From contig CALFYN010001033.1 in NCBI GenBank assembly GCA_937952345.1, positions 1-36,412 of the forward strand: a stretch of DNA of 36,412 nucleotides, given 5' to 3'. Source of the stretch: an uncultured Acidobacteriota bacterium. GTDB lineage: Bacteria > Acidobacteriota > Terriglobia > Bryobacterales > Bryobacteraceae. Position 1 is the first letter of the stretch. Each line of letters begins with the position of its first letter. The notes under the pieces were generated by a model that was not told the origin of the DNA, ran no database searches, and worked only from the letters and a program-made list of their open reading frames with translations. The position numbers were made by a program, and so were the translations under genes. This document shows, in pieces, positions 1-8,589 of the stretch.

Positions 1-54
1 CAAGACAGCCACTGCAAAGCCGGTGAGCTGCAAGGAATGTGCGAGACTTCAGAA

Positions 55-458
55 ATGAAACTCTCCAGACGTTACCTGGCCTGTGTACTTCCCGCCGTAG
101 CATAGGCACAGAAGCCGCGCCTCGGCTCCATGGTATATCGGTTTAGAGATATGCCCGTGAGGGAAAACGGCGCGAACAGGTCACGAGCAATCCTAAAGGG
201 TTCAACGGTGGGCGATCATCCCATCGAGATCCATCTGACAGAACTGGCGGCAGGATTGATGCCGCATGCGGCACATCGGCACGCGCATGCCGAGATGGTC
301 ATGTTTCAGGAAGGGTCTCTTGAGATTACCATTGATGGAAGGTGACGGTGGCCGATGCGGGTTCCGTGGTTTACGTCTCACCTAACGACATGCATGGGTG
401 GAAGAACGTGGGAACGACACGGGCGCGATACTTCGTGATGGCGCTGGGACGCGCCTAG
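55..458 (+). pseudogene. Disrupted secreted cupin-domain gene (in-frame TAG plus frameshift)
   Basis: ATG 55 encodes a signal-like MKLSRRYLACVLPAVA. A TAG at 103-105 follows in the same frame as ORF 130..345. Cupin motif 1 (GLMPHAAHRHAHAEMVMFQEG) lies in that frame. Motif 2 (SPNDMHGWKN) continues in a different frame, 342..458 (VTVADAGSVVYVSPNDMHGWKNVGTTRARYFVMALGRA, stop 456-458), which is open only from 336. Confidence 0.7.
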
Positions 459-465
459 CGGCAAG

Positions 466-1503
466 TCAATCGCCGGCCCGCGCGGCGTGTGCCGGATCCT
501 TTCCGGCGATACCCATCTTTCTCCGCAGTTCGTTCTCGATGGAGCCAAAGGCATCCGCGTGTTCCTTGAGGAAGCTGCGTGCGTTTTCTCTTCCTTGACC
601 GATGCGCTCCCCGCGGAAGCTGTACCAGGAGCCCGTCTTGTCAATTACATTGTTGGCCACCCCCAGATCCAGCAGATCGCCTTCGCGAGAGATTCCCTCG
701 CCATACAGCAGGTCGGCCTCCACTTCCCGGAAGGGCGGAGCGAGCTTGTTCTTCACCACTTTGATCTTGGTCCGATTGCCGACCACCGTGTCGCCGTCCT
801 TGATGGCGGCCAGTTTCCGCACCTCGATGCGCATGCTGGAATAGAATTTCAGCGCTTTCCCACCGGTGGTAGTTTCCGGGTTGCCGAACATCACACCGAT
901 CTTCTCTCGCACCTGGTTGATGAAAAGAAGGCAGGTCTGGGTGCGAGCAGTGACTCCAGTGAGCTTACGGAGGGCTTGCGACATAAGCCGGGCATGGAGC
1001 CCGACGTGACTGTCCCCCATTTCCCCTTCCAATTCCGCCTTGGGAACCAGTGCTGCGACAGAGTCGACAACAAGGGCATCGATCGCTCCGGAGCCGACGA
1101 GGGCATTGGTAATCTCGAGGGCCTGCTCTCCGCAGTCCGGCTGCGACACGAGCAGGTTGTCGACATCAACTCCCAGTTTTCGGGCATAGGTGGGATCCAG
1201 TGCGTGTTCGGCATCGACAAAGGCGGCGGAGCCGCCCATCTTTTGAGCCTGGGCGATCAGTTGCAGGGCAATGGTTGTCTTCCCGGAAGACTCCGGGCCA
1301 AACACTTCAACAACGCGGCCGCGAGGGAAACCACCGATGCCGAGAGCAGCATCGAGTGAAATGGAACCTGTCGGAATCACCGGTACGGCGATCGCTTCGG
1401 TTGAGCCAAGGCGCTGTATAGCGCCTTTTCCGAATTGTTTTTCGAGGGAAATCAGCGCCTGGTCAATCGCCTTCCGGCGCTCTTTCGCATCCAGCTGTAT
1501 CAC
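466..1503 (-). CDS. recA: Recombinase RecA
   Basis: 345-aa ORF with Walker [10 protein letters not shown] and RecA-typical blocks ([49 protein letters not shown]). GTG start at 1503, with AAGGAG 7 nt upstream. Confidence 0.98.
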   Translation of the reverse strand: MIQLDAKERRKAIDQALISLEKQFGKGAIQRLGSTEAIAVPVIPTGSISLDAALGIGGFPRGRVVEVFGPESSGKTTIALQLIAQAQKMGGSAAFVDAEHALDPTYARKLGVDVDNLLVSQPDCGEQALEITNALVGSGAIDALVVDSVAALVPKAELEGEMGDSHVGLHARLMSQALRKLTGVTARTQTCLLFINQVREKIGVMFGNPETTTGGKALKFYSSMRIEVRKLAAIKDGDTVVGNRTKIKVVKNKLAPPFREVEADLLYGEGISREGDLLDLGVANNVIDKTGSWYSFRGERIGQGRENARSFLKEHADAFGSIENELRRKMGIAGKDPAHAARAGD

Positions 1504-1551
1504 GCAAAATCTCCTTACGTTAAGGAAGGTGCGTGAAACGAGGAAAGAATC

Positions 1552-2085
1552 TCAATCCGATTGCGAATCGAGCGCGTCAAGGGCTTCCGCATCCTTGCCA
1601 TGGCGCTTGAGGACACGCATGGAATTGGTGTGCGTAAAGCCGGCAGTGCGCAGCTTCCTGTAGGCCGATGCCAGCCCCTTGGGTTCCGCCAACACCTCCG
1701 ACAATGGAGTTCGGCGATACTTGCGGGCCAGGAAGCGTTCGATCAGGTCCACTTCGTCTGTCCCAGTGAACGTCTGGTTTACCGCCCGTTCAGCTACGAC
1801 AGGTGCGACTCGTTTGGAGCGTAGATCGGAAAGCACTCGTGCCTTGCCGAACCCCTCGTTCTCCAAACGCCGTGAAGCGTACATTTCGGCAAACTGCCTG
1901 TCGTTGAGGTAGCCGTAGTCCTTCAGCTTGGCAACGACACTGTCGACATCACCTGCCCTTTCCGCCTTGCGCTTTAGTTTCTCGCGCAACTCGCCAGTTG
2001 ACATGGCCCGTGTCCCCAGCGCTTTCAATGCATAGTCAAAAAGGCCCGCTTCGTTCAGTAACTTCGCGGGCTTGCGAAGTGTCAC
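1552..2085 (-). CDS. recX: RecA regulator RecX
   Basis: 177-aa ORF directly upstream of recA on the same strand. It shows the RecX-like helical-repeat pattern (ALKALGTRAMSTGELREKLKRK, KLKDYGYLNDRQFAEMYASRRL, GKARVLSDLRSKRV). GTG start. Confidence 0.85.
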   Translation of the reverse strand: MTLRKPAKLLNEAGLFDYALKALGTRAMSTGELREKLKRKAERAGDVDSVVAKLKDYGYLNDRQFAEMYASRRLENEGFGKARVLSDLRSKRVAPVVAERAVNQTFTGTDEVDLIERFLARKYRRTPLSEVLAEPKGLASAYRKLRTAGFTHTNSMRVLKRHGKDAEALDALDSQSD

Positions 2086-2146
2086 TGATTCAGAGACTAC
2101 CAGATTCCCCGCGATGGTACACTAGGGGCAGCAAAGGAATTGCATT

Positions 2147-2446
2147 ATGGACGAAGACAAGAAGCTTTCGTATTTCTTTCTGGGACTTGGCATTGGAGTA
2201 GCTGTGGGTATTCTCTTCGCACCAAAGTCAGGGGAGGAGACCCGTGAACTGATTCGCTCCAAGGCAGGCGAAGGCACGGATTATCTGCGCCGGCGCAGTG
2301 AAGACTTGCGCGAGAGGGCGGAAGACATTGTGGAACGCGGGAAGGGCGCAGTGCAACGGCAGAAGGAGCAGTTACACGCGGCCGTTGACGCGGGCAGACA
2401 GGCATATCGTGAATCCGTGAGCACAACAACTGGCTCGGAGTCGTAG
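2147..2446 (+). CDS. YtxH-domain general-stress-type small membrane protein
   Basis: 99 aa. The N-terminal hydrophobic segment FFLGLGIGVAVGILFAPKSGEETRELI followed by a charged helical tail is the typical YtxH layout. Confidence 0.7.
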   Translation: MDEDKKLSYFFLGLGIGVAVGILFAPKSGEETRELIRSKAGEGTDYLRRRSEDLRERAEDIVERGKGAVQRQKEQLHAAVDAGRQAYRESVSTTTGSES

Positions 2447-2455
2447 CATACGGGC

Positions 2456-2962
2456 ATGAATCAGGATTCGATGGTTCTTCTCCTCACTGTGTTCGTGGGG
2501 CTGGTGGCAATCAGCCAGTTGGCGACCGCCATTGCGCTCATTATGCTTCACAGGCGTTTTCGCGCCATGCAGGATCAAATCACCGCCTTTGTTCCCAAGA
2601 CGGAGGCGGTGCTCGAATCCGCGAGAGTAACGCTGGAGCAGAGCCGCAAGCAAATTCACGAGGTGACATCGAAGGCCAACGACGTGCTGGATCTGACGCG
2701 GACACAACTGAACACAGTTGATGACCTATTGAAGGACGTGACAGGACGTGCACGGACCCAGCTAGACCGTGTCGAACTGGTCCTTGACGATACACTTGGC
2801 AGGGTCCATCAAACGGTGACCACCGTTCATAGTGGAGTGATGAAGCCGCTGAAAGAAATCAGTGGAATATCCGCAGGAATCCGGGCGGCAATTGGGCAGT
2901 TGGTCAAGGGCGGCAGGCCGAGTGTGGCACAGGCCACGCAGGACGAGGAGATGTTTATCTGA
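2456..2962 (+). CDS. Membrane-anchored coiled-coil protein (DUF948-like), function unknown
   Basis: 168 aa with one N-terminal TM segment (VLLLTVFVGLVAISQLATAIALIML) followed by long helical heptad-like sequence. It lies 9 nt after the YtxH gene. Confidence 0.6.
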   Translation: MNQDSMVLLLTVFVGLVAISQLATAIALIMLHRRFRAMQDQITAFVPKTEAVLESARVTLEQSRKQIHEVTSKANDVLDLTRTQLNTVDDLLKDVTGRARTQLDRVELVLDDTLGRVHQTVTTVHSGVMKPLKEISGISAGIRAAIGQLVKGGRPSVAQATQDEEMFI

Positions 2963-3720
2963 TCGATATACATAGCCACATCCTCTATGGACTGGACGAC
3001 GGTTCCAAGAGCCTAGAGGAGAGCGTGGCAATGCTGCAGATGGCGGCAGCATCCGGGACGACGGACATTGTTGCCACCCCCCATGCCGATCTCGAATATG
3101 AGTTTCAACCGGATCTGATCCGGGAGCGCGTCGATGAATTGACTGCAGCCACTGGGGGGAAGCCATGTATCCACGAGGGATGTGATTTTCACCTCACATT
3201 CGACAACATCCAGGATGCGATAGCCAACCCTCGCAAGTACACGATCGGGCATAAGAGCTACCTGATGGTGGAATTCTCCGACATGCTCATTTTTCCCAAT
3301 ACGGCGGAGATCTTCGAACGGATGCGGAATGCCGGGATCTATCCAGTGATTACCCATCCGGAGCGCAATCCATTGTTGCAGCAGCGCATGCCGGCATTGG
3401 AGCGATGGGTACAGGAGGGCAGTTACATCCAGGTGACGGCGCAATCCCTGTTTGGACGATTCGGCAAGACCGCGCGGAGTTTTTCCTTGGAGTTGCTGCG
3501 GCGGAATCTGGTGCACTTCATCGCCAGCGATGCCCACGACACGAAACATCGTCCTCCCGTGCTCAAAGACGCCTTCCAGTGGGTAGCCGAGGAGTACGGC
3601 GAGGAACTGGCCCAACGACTCTTCGTCGACAACCCACGAGCCACAATCGAGGGCGCTCCATTGACAACCGTGCCGGTAACGGAAGTTCCTTCGCGCAGTT
3701 GGTACCAATTCTGGCGCTGA
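2959..3720 (+). CDS. CpsB/YwqE-type PHP-domain protein-tyrosine phosphatase (probable CTG start)
   Basis: The tracked ORF starts at GTG 3025. The frame is open from 2833 and encodes the family N-terminus (L/M)IDIHSHILYGLDDGSKSLEES just upstream. There is no ATG/GTG/TTG in frame between 2833 and 3025. CTG 2959 sits where the family Met is, with GAGGAG at 2945-2950. Later motifs: VATPH, ITHPER, ASDAH. Confidence 0.75.
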   Translation: MIDIHSHILYGLDDGSKSLEESVAMLQMAAASGTTDIVATPHADLEYEFQPDLIRERVDELTAATGGKPCIHEGCDFHLTFDNIQDAIANPRKYTIGHKSYLMVEFSDMLIFPNTAEIFERMRNAGIYPVITHPERNPLLQQRMPALERWVQEGSYIQVTAQSLFGRFGKTARSFSLELLRRNLVHFIASDAHDTKHRPPVLKDAFQWVAEEYGEELAQRLFVDNPRATIEGAPLTTVPVTEVPSRSWYQFWR

Positions 3721-3740
3721 AATCCGTCTACATTGGGAGT

Positions 3741-4574
3741 ATGAGGCTGCTGCTTTCGATGCTGGCTTGCACTTCCGTGATTTTTGCCCAGGATGCTCTG
3801 GAGATCGTTCGCCGGTCGGTGGAACGGGATCAGGCAAACTGGGAGCGCGCAAAGGAATACACCTATGTGGTGCACTCCAGGATGCGCGAGCGCGACGCGG
3901 GGGGACGGGTCAAGAAAGAGGACCGCGAAGCAGAGGAGGTCGTCATCCTCTACGGCGAGCCTTATGAGAGAAAGATTGAGAAGGACGGCAAGCCACTCTC
4001 TTCGGCGGAGCAACACAAGGAGCAGCAGAAGTTCGACAAAGAAATGACCAAGCGCCAAAACGAATCGCCCGAACAGCGCCGAAAACGCATTGCGGCGTTC
4101 GAGAAGAAGCGCCGCGAACAGAGGGAATTCGCCAGGGAGATTCCAGATGCTTACCATTTCCAGCTGATGGGCGAGGAGATGATCGGCGGCCGAAAAACGT
4201 GGGTGATCGAGGCCACGCCACGCGCTGAATACCGGCCGCGGAACTCCAGGGCGGCGATGTTGAAGAAGTTCAAGGGGCGCATGTGGATCGACCAACAGGA
4301 ATACCAGTGGGTGCGAATGGACGGCGAAGTCATCGAGACGGTGTCCTGGGGGCTGTTCCTGGCACGACTGGCGAAGGGCTCGAGGATTTTTTTCGAGCAG
4401 GTGAGAGTGAATGATGAAGTGTGGATGCCGAAGCAATTGAAAGTGGACCTCGATGCCCGGATCGCCTTGATCAAAAGGTTTCAGGGCGATATTGATGTGC
4501 GGTTCCAGGATTTCCGGAAGTTCCAGAGCGAATCTCGCATTGTTTCGACGGCGGAATTGACAACCACACCATAG
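3741..4574 (+). CDS. Secreted LolA-like / outer-membrane lipoprotein-sorting-like protein
   Basis: ATG 3741 gives the signal peptide MRLLLSMLACTSVIFAQ. The C-terminal half (KGRMWIDQQEYQWVRMDGEVIE, VNDEVWMPKQLKVDLDARI) resembles the LolA-like fold family. The 5' extension to 3405 overlaps the phosphatase gene and is rejected. Confidence 0.55.
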   Translation: MRLLLSMLACTSVIFAQDALEIVRRSVERDQANWERAKEYTYVVHSRMRERDAGGRVKKEDREAEEVVILYGEPYERKIEKDGKPLSSAEQHKEQQKFDKEMTKRQNESPEQRRKRIAAFEKKRREQREFAREIPDAYHFQLMGEEMIGGRKTWVIEATPRAEYRPRNSRAAMLKKFKGRMWIDQQEYQWVRMDGEVIETVSWGLFLARLAKGSRIFFEQVRVNDEVWMPKQLKVDLDARIALIKRFQGDIDVRFQDFRKFQSESRIVSTAELTTTP

Positions 4575-4605
4575 CCTGGCTGCGCGAGTTCTGATGGCAG
4601 GTGGA

Positions 4606-5046
4606 TCAAGTCAGAGGCACATCGAAATAATCCAGCGCCCATTCGCGCATGTAACGGACTCGGGTGGGGTCGACGCGGTAGAGGATGAATTCGGGATTGT
4701 CTACGGATTTAAGGTAGGCACGAAGGAGTGGGTTGGTGTCCCAGATCTGCTGTTTGACGGCGAGATCGTCGACGGTACTGGCGGTGCCAGTGATGCGTAC
4801 CTGGTCGTGGTCGTTGGTGAGATAGCAGAGTTCCACTTTCGCCGAGGGGCCGATTTCCGTAGTCTTGTTCGATGAGCGAAGCGAGGCGACGTAGATGGTG
4901 AAACCGTCGGAACGAACCGGAGACACAGGGCGGACACGGGGTTGGTCGCCGTCGATAGTGGCGAGCATCGGGAATTTGTCGGCGGCGACGACGCTAAGGG
5001 CAAGGCCGCGCAGTTCTTCCGGTTTGGGAGCGGGTGGGAGTTTCAT
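4606..5046 (-). CDS. Pyridoxamine 5'-phosphate oxidase-like (general stress protein 26-like) FMN-binding protein
   Basis: 146 aa. The pattern FPMLATIDGDQPRVRPVS, VELCY and RITG is typical of the PNPOx-like split-barrel family. Confidence 0.6.
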   Translation of the reverse strand: MKLPPAPKPEELRGLALSVVAADKFPMLATIDGDQPRVRPVSPVRSDGFTIYVASLRSSNKTTEIGPSAKVELCYLTNDHDQVRITGTASTVDDLAVKQQIWDTNPLLRAYLKSVDNPEFILYRVDPTRVRYMREWALDYFDVPLT

Positions 5047-5052
5047 GTGTAC

Positions 5053-6663
5053 TTAGCCGACCATCGCTTTGGCGTCTTCAAGAATTAGGACGAGATGCTC
5101 TTCGCTTACGTAGCTTTCAGCGTATAGTTTGCAGATGTTCTCAGTTCCTGAAGGGCGGGCGGCGAACCAGCCGTTTTGTGTAGCGACTTTGAGTCCGCCT
5201 ATGGATGCTCCGTTGCCGGGTGCTTTGGTGGCTTTTAGCTCGATGCGGTCGCCGGCGAGTTCGAGGGCGGGAATGGATTCGGGGTCGAGCTTGCCGAGCC
5301 GGGCTTTCTGTTCGGGTGAGGCGGGAGAGTCGATACGGGTGTAGAAGCAGCGGCCGAATTTTTCGGTGAGGGCCGTGTAGGCGAGGCCGGGATCCCTGCC
5401 CGTCACGGCGGTGATTTCGGCGGCGAGCAGGCCGAGAATGAGGCCGTCTTTGTCGGTGCTCCAGGCGGTGCCGTCCCGGCGGAGGAAGCTGGCTCCGGCG
5501 CTCTCTTCGCCACCGAAGCAGATGCTGCCGTCGTGGAGTCCTTTGGCGAACCATTTGAATCCGACGGGGACTTCGTAGAGGCGGCGCCCACGGCTGGCGA
5601 CAACGCGATCGAGGATTCCACTGGAAACGAGCGTTTTGCCGACAGCGGCGTCTTCGCTCCAATCAGGACGGTGGGAGAGCAGATAATCGACGGCGACGGC
5701 GAGATAGTGGTTGGGGTTGAGGAGGCCTGAGGACGGAGTGACGATGCCGTGCCGGTCGGCATCGGGATCATTGCCGAAGGCAATGTCGAACTTATCTTTG
5801 AGGCCGACGAGTCCGGCCATGGCATAGGGGCTGGAGCAATCCATGCGGATCTTGCCGTCGTGATCGACAGTCATGAAGCCGAAGGTAGGATCGAGTTTGG
5901 GGTTGGTGACGGTGATGTCGATGTTGTGGACTGTGGCGACGTGCTCCCAGTAGGGGAGCGAGGCTCCGCCGAGGGGATCGACGCCGATGCGGAGTTTGGC
6001 GGCGCGGATGGGTTCGAAGTCGATAACGGCGGCGAGATCGAGGACGTAGGGGAGAATGAGGTCTTGGGCGTTGGCCTTGCCTGAGGCGGTGCGCTTGACA
6101 CCGCGGTTGTCATCCTTCATCAATTCGTTGGCGCGCAACTGAATCCAGCCGGTGGCGTCGGTGTCGGCTGGGCCACCGTGGGGAGGATTGTATTTGAACC
6201 CTCCATCCTGCGGCGGGTTGTGGGACGGCGTGATGACAACGCCATCGGCATGGCCGGTGGAGCGGCCATGGTTGTAGACCAGGATGGCGCGGGAGATGAC
6301 GGGGGTAGGGGTGACTCCGTCATTTTGCTGGATGACGGCGTTGACTCCGTTGCCAAGGAAAACTTCGAGAGCTGTCTTTTCGGCGGCAGATGAGGCGGCG
6401 TGCGAATCCTTTCCGAGGTAAAGGGGTCCGTCGATCCCTTGGGCGGCGCGGTATTCGCAGATGGCCTGGCTGATGGCGAGAATATGTGTCTCGTTGAATG
6501 TGCCATCGCTGGGGTTGCCACGATGCCCGCTGGTGCCAAAGCTGACGAGTTGGAGAGGATTTTCGATGTCGGGCTCTTTGTCGTAGTAGGCCTGGACCAG
6601 TTGCGTAGGGTTAATGAGCATCTGCGCGGTTGCGGGCTTGCCCGCCATCGGATGAAGTCCCAT
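5053..6663 (-). CDS. pgm: Phosphoglucomutase (alpha-D-glucose phosphate-specific)
   Basis: Active-site loop [19 protein letters not shown] and N-terminus [27 protein letters not shown]...FGTSGHRG, which matches the E. coli Pgm N-terminus. The start is therefore placed at ATG 6663 rather than the ORF-track 6813. Confidence 0.93.
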   Translation of the reverse strand: MGLHPMAGKPATAQMLINPTQLVQAYYDKEPDIENPLQLVSFGTSGHRGNPSDGTFNETHILAISQAICEYRAAQGIDGPLYLGKDSHAASSAAEKTALEVFLGNGVNAVIQQNDGVTPTPVISRAILVYNHGRSTGHADGVVITPSHNPPQDGGFKYNPPHGGPADTDATGWIQLRANELMKDDNRGVKRTASGKANAQDLILPYVLDLAAVIDFEPIRAAKLRIGVDPLGGASLPYWEHVATVHNIDITVTNPKLDPTFGFMTVDHDGKIRMDCSSPYAMAGLVGLKDKFDIAFGNDPDADRHGIVTPSSGLLNPNHYLAVAVDYLLSHRPDWSEDAAVGKTLVSSGILDRVVASRGRRLYEVPVGFKWFAKGLHDGSICFGGEESAGASFLRRDGTAWSTDKDGLILGLLAAEITAVTGRDPGLAYTALTEKFGRCFYTRIDSPASPEQKARLGKLDPESIPALELAGDRIELKATKAPGNGASIGGLKVATQNGWFAARPSGTENICKLYAESYVSEEHLVLILEDAKAMVG

Positions 6664-6733
6664 GAGAATGATTGTAGCCAGATGACAGACGACGCCGTGC
6701 CTTTTCGCCTGAGGAAGCAGGAGGATTGATCCT

Positions 6734-7126
6734 ATGGGATTGGCCGAACGGAGAAAAATGAAGGAATTGCAGGAGAACGTGTTGCCAGGGCGCGTCAAAG
6801 AGATTGCGGACATCTGCGGAGCAGAGATTCCGTATGAGGTGGATTGGGACAGCTTTCAGGACGATGCGCAGGGGTTGAATTTCATGGATAGCCTCTCCTG
6901 CCACCGGCTGAACATGGCGCTGCGGGTGATTTGCATCGATGACATGGGAAAAGAAGCAGTCCGCGAATCGCTGAAGCGAGTGCGACTGCGTAACGTGAAG
7001 GACAAATCGGCGATGAAGTTGAGCTTCGCCGATGGGACGTTGGAGATGCATTGCGCGTATGCACTGGCGACCGAAGGGATGCACAGCGATGGCGAAATCC
7101 GTCAGGTGCTGATGCAAGGGCTATAG
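6734..7126 (+). CDS. Hypothetical protein (130 aa)
   Basis: Clean ORF divergent from pgm across a 70-nt gap. No motif recognised. An alternative internal start exists (MKELQ). Confidence 0.5.
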   Translation: MGLAERRKMKELQENVLPGRVKEIADICGAEIPYEVDWDSFQDDAQGLNFMDSLSCHRLNMALRVICIDDMGKEAVRESLKRVRLRNVKDKSAMKLSFADGTLEMHCAYALATEGMHSDGEIRQVLMQGL

Positions 7127-7127
7127 G

Positions 7128-8585
7128 TTACTTGCGCTTCCAAGTGTGGGTTTGGAAATCGAAGTCGTAGGCGTTGCGATCGGGTAGGGGCGGAGCGCTG
7201 GACTTGGGGAAGTACTGCGCCAAGTCGGCTTTAAGAGCTTTGTGCGCGGGGTCGCCGGCAAGGTTGCGATACTCGTTGCGATCGGCGATGTTGTCGTAGA
7301 GTTCTTCGGTGCCGTCGCTGTAGCGGATATAGCGCCAGCGTTCGGTGCGAACCATGTGATTGCCTGGGCCGAAGGTGGATACGGCGGGGCGATGCTTTGC
7401 GGTGGGGTTTTTGAGCACGGGCAGGAGCGATTCGCCCTCGTTCTCTTTCTTGGCGGGGAGGCCGCAGAGATCGAGGATGGTGGGGTAGAGATCGAGCAGG
7501 CTGACGGATTGCTTGCGAGTGGTGCCTGTGGCGTTGACTCCGGGTCCGGCGATGATGAGGGGGATGTGGGTGGCGCGTTCCCAGAGGGTGGATTTGTGCC
7601 AGTGCACTTTTTCGCCGAGGTGCCAGCCGTTGTCAGACCAGAAAACGATGACGGTGTTCTTTCCGTAGGGCGATGCTTCGAGGGCATCGAGGACCATGCC
7701 GACCATGGCGTCGGCGAAGCTGATGCAGGCGAGGTAGGCTCGGACGGCGTCTTTCCATTTGCCCTCTTTGACGATGCGCTCGTGCTCGGCGCGGCGGGCG
7801 GCGGCGAGCTTTTTGGCGATGGGCGGGACATCGTCGAGGTCGTTGGCAGGCACTTCCGGAATGCGCGGATCCGGGTACATGTCGAAGTATTTCTTAGGAG
7901 CGAATAGCGGGATGTGGGGGTGCCAGAATCCGATGGCGAGGAAGAAGGGCTTGGCGTGCTGTTTCTTGAGGAAGTCACGGGCATAGCGCACGGCTTTCAT
8001 GTCTCCGTAGTCTTCCTCTTTGTAGTCGAGGACGCCCCAATCGAATTCACCGGGGAAGTTGTCGAGGCCGTTGAAAGGATGACCCGCAGGGTTGGGGATT
8101 TTCTTGACCCAGGGATACCATTCGAGGCGCCGGTACCAGGGGTCGTCGAATTCCTGGAGTTGGAAGTGATCCCACTGATCGGGAGGATTGAAGCCGGAAG
8201 TGTGATGGAAGACCTTGCCCGCGCCAGCGGCGTAATAGCCGTGCTTGCGGAGGTACATGGGGATGGTGACGTAATCGGGATGAGCGGGACGCCACCATTG
8301 ATCGTTGTTGTAGACGCCGGTGGTATCGGGGCGCATGCCTGTGAGCAGGGCGGTGCGCGAGGGGCAACAGAGCGGGGAGGCGCAATGAGCGTTGGAGAAG
8401 AGTGCGCCGCGACGGGCAAGGCGATCGATGTTCGGAGTTTTGACGCCCGGGTAACCGCCGAGGCAGCCCACCCAATCGTTCATGTCGTCGACGGACAACA
8501 ACAACACGTTCGGTTTTTGTTTCGGCTGGGCGAAGGCAGTGGCCGCGCCGGCACCGATGGATTGGAGGAATGTTCGGCGATTCAT
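7128..8585 (-). CDS. Formylglycine-dependent sulfatase with Tat-type signal
   Basis: N-terminus MNRRTFLQSIGAGAATAFA (twin-Arg). Sulfatase signature SPLCCPSRTALLTGMRP (C-x-P-x-R). NVLLLSVDD metal-binding start. Confidence 0.92.
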   Translation of the reverse strand: MNRRTFLQSIGAGAATAFAQPKQKPNVLLLSVDDMNDWVGCLGGYPGVKTPNIDRLARRGALFSNAHCASPLCCPSRTALLTGMRPDTTGVYNNDQWWRPAHPDYVTIPMYLRKHGYYAAGAGKVFHHTSGFNPPDQWDHFQLQEFDDPWYRRLEWYPWVKKIPNPAGHPFNGLDNFPGEFDWGVLDYKEEDYGDMKAVRYARDFLKKQHAKPFFLAIGFWHPHIPLFAPKKYFDMYPDPRIPEVPANDLDDVPPIAKKLAAARRAEHERIVKEGKWKDAVRAYLACISFADAMVGMVLDALEASPYGKNTVIVFWSDNGWHLGEKVHWHKSTLWERATHIPLIIAGPGVNATGTTRKQSVSLLDLYPTILDLCGLPAKKENEGESLLPVLKNPTAKHRPAVSTFGPGNHMVRTERWRYIRYSDGTEELYDNIADRNEYRNLAGDPAHKALKADLAQYFPKSSAPPLPDRNAYDFDFQTHTWKRK

Positions 8586-8589
8586 AGGG

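Noticed and set aside
103-105. The in-frame TAG in the cupin gene could be programmed readthrough or a pyrrolysine-type recoding site.
   Set aside because: A second lesion (a frameshift near 340) is present in the same gene, and no recoding signals are visible. Pseudogenisation or sequence error is more parsimonious.
487-1359. A 290-aa plus-strand ORF, with several shorter ones, lies inside the recA locus.
   Set aside because: It is antisense to an unmistakable RecA reading frame. Long antisense ORFs are expected at this G+C content, and it shows no motifs.
1504-2146. I searched for a LexA/SOS box upstream of recX and recA.
   Set aside because: No GTTC-N7-GTTC, GAAC-N7-GAAC or CTGT-N8-ACAG match was seen by eye in either spacer, so no feature is reported.
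3405-3740. The tracked 389-aa ORF has a 5' extension upstream of the LolA-like gene.
   Set aside because: The extension overlaps the 3' third of the phosphatase gene in another frame and is Arg/Gly/Ser-rich. ATG 3741 yields a proper signal peptide.
3013-3852. A 279-aa minus-strand ORF lies opposite the phosphatase gene.
   Set aside because: It is a shadow ORF. The plus strand carries all the PHP-phosphatase motifs.
6664-6813. The tracked pgm ORF has a 50-codon N-terminal extension.
   Set aside because: ATG 6663 reproduces the Pgm N-terminus ([11 protein letters not shown] versus E. coli MAIHNRAGQPA). The extension would consume the divergent intergenic region and overlap the start of the neighbouring gene.
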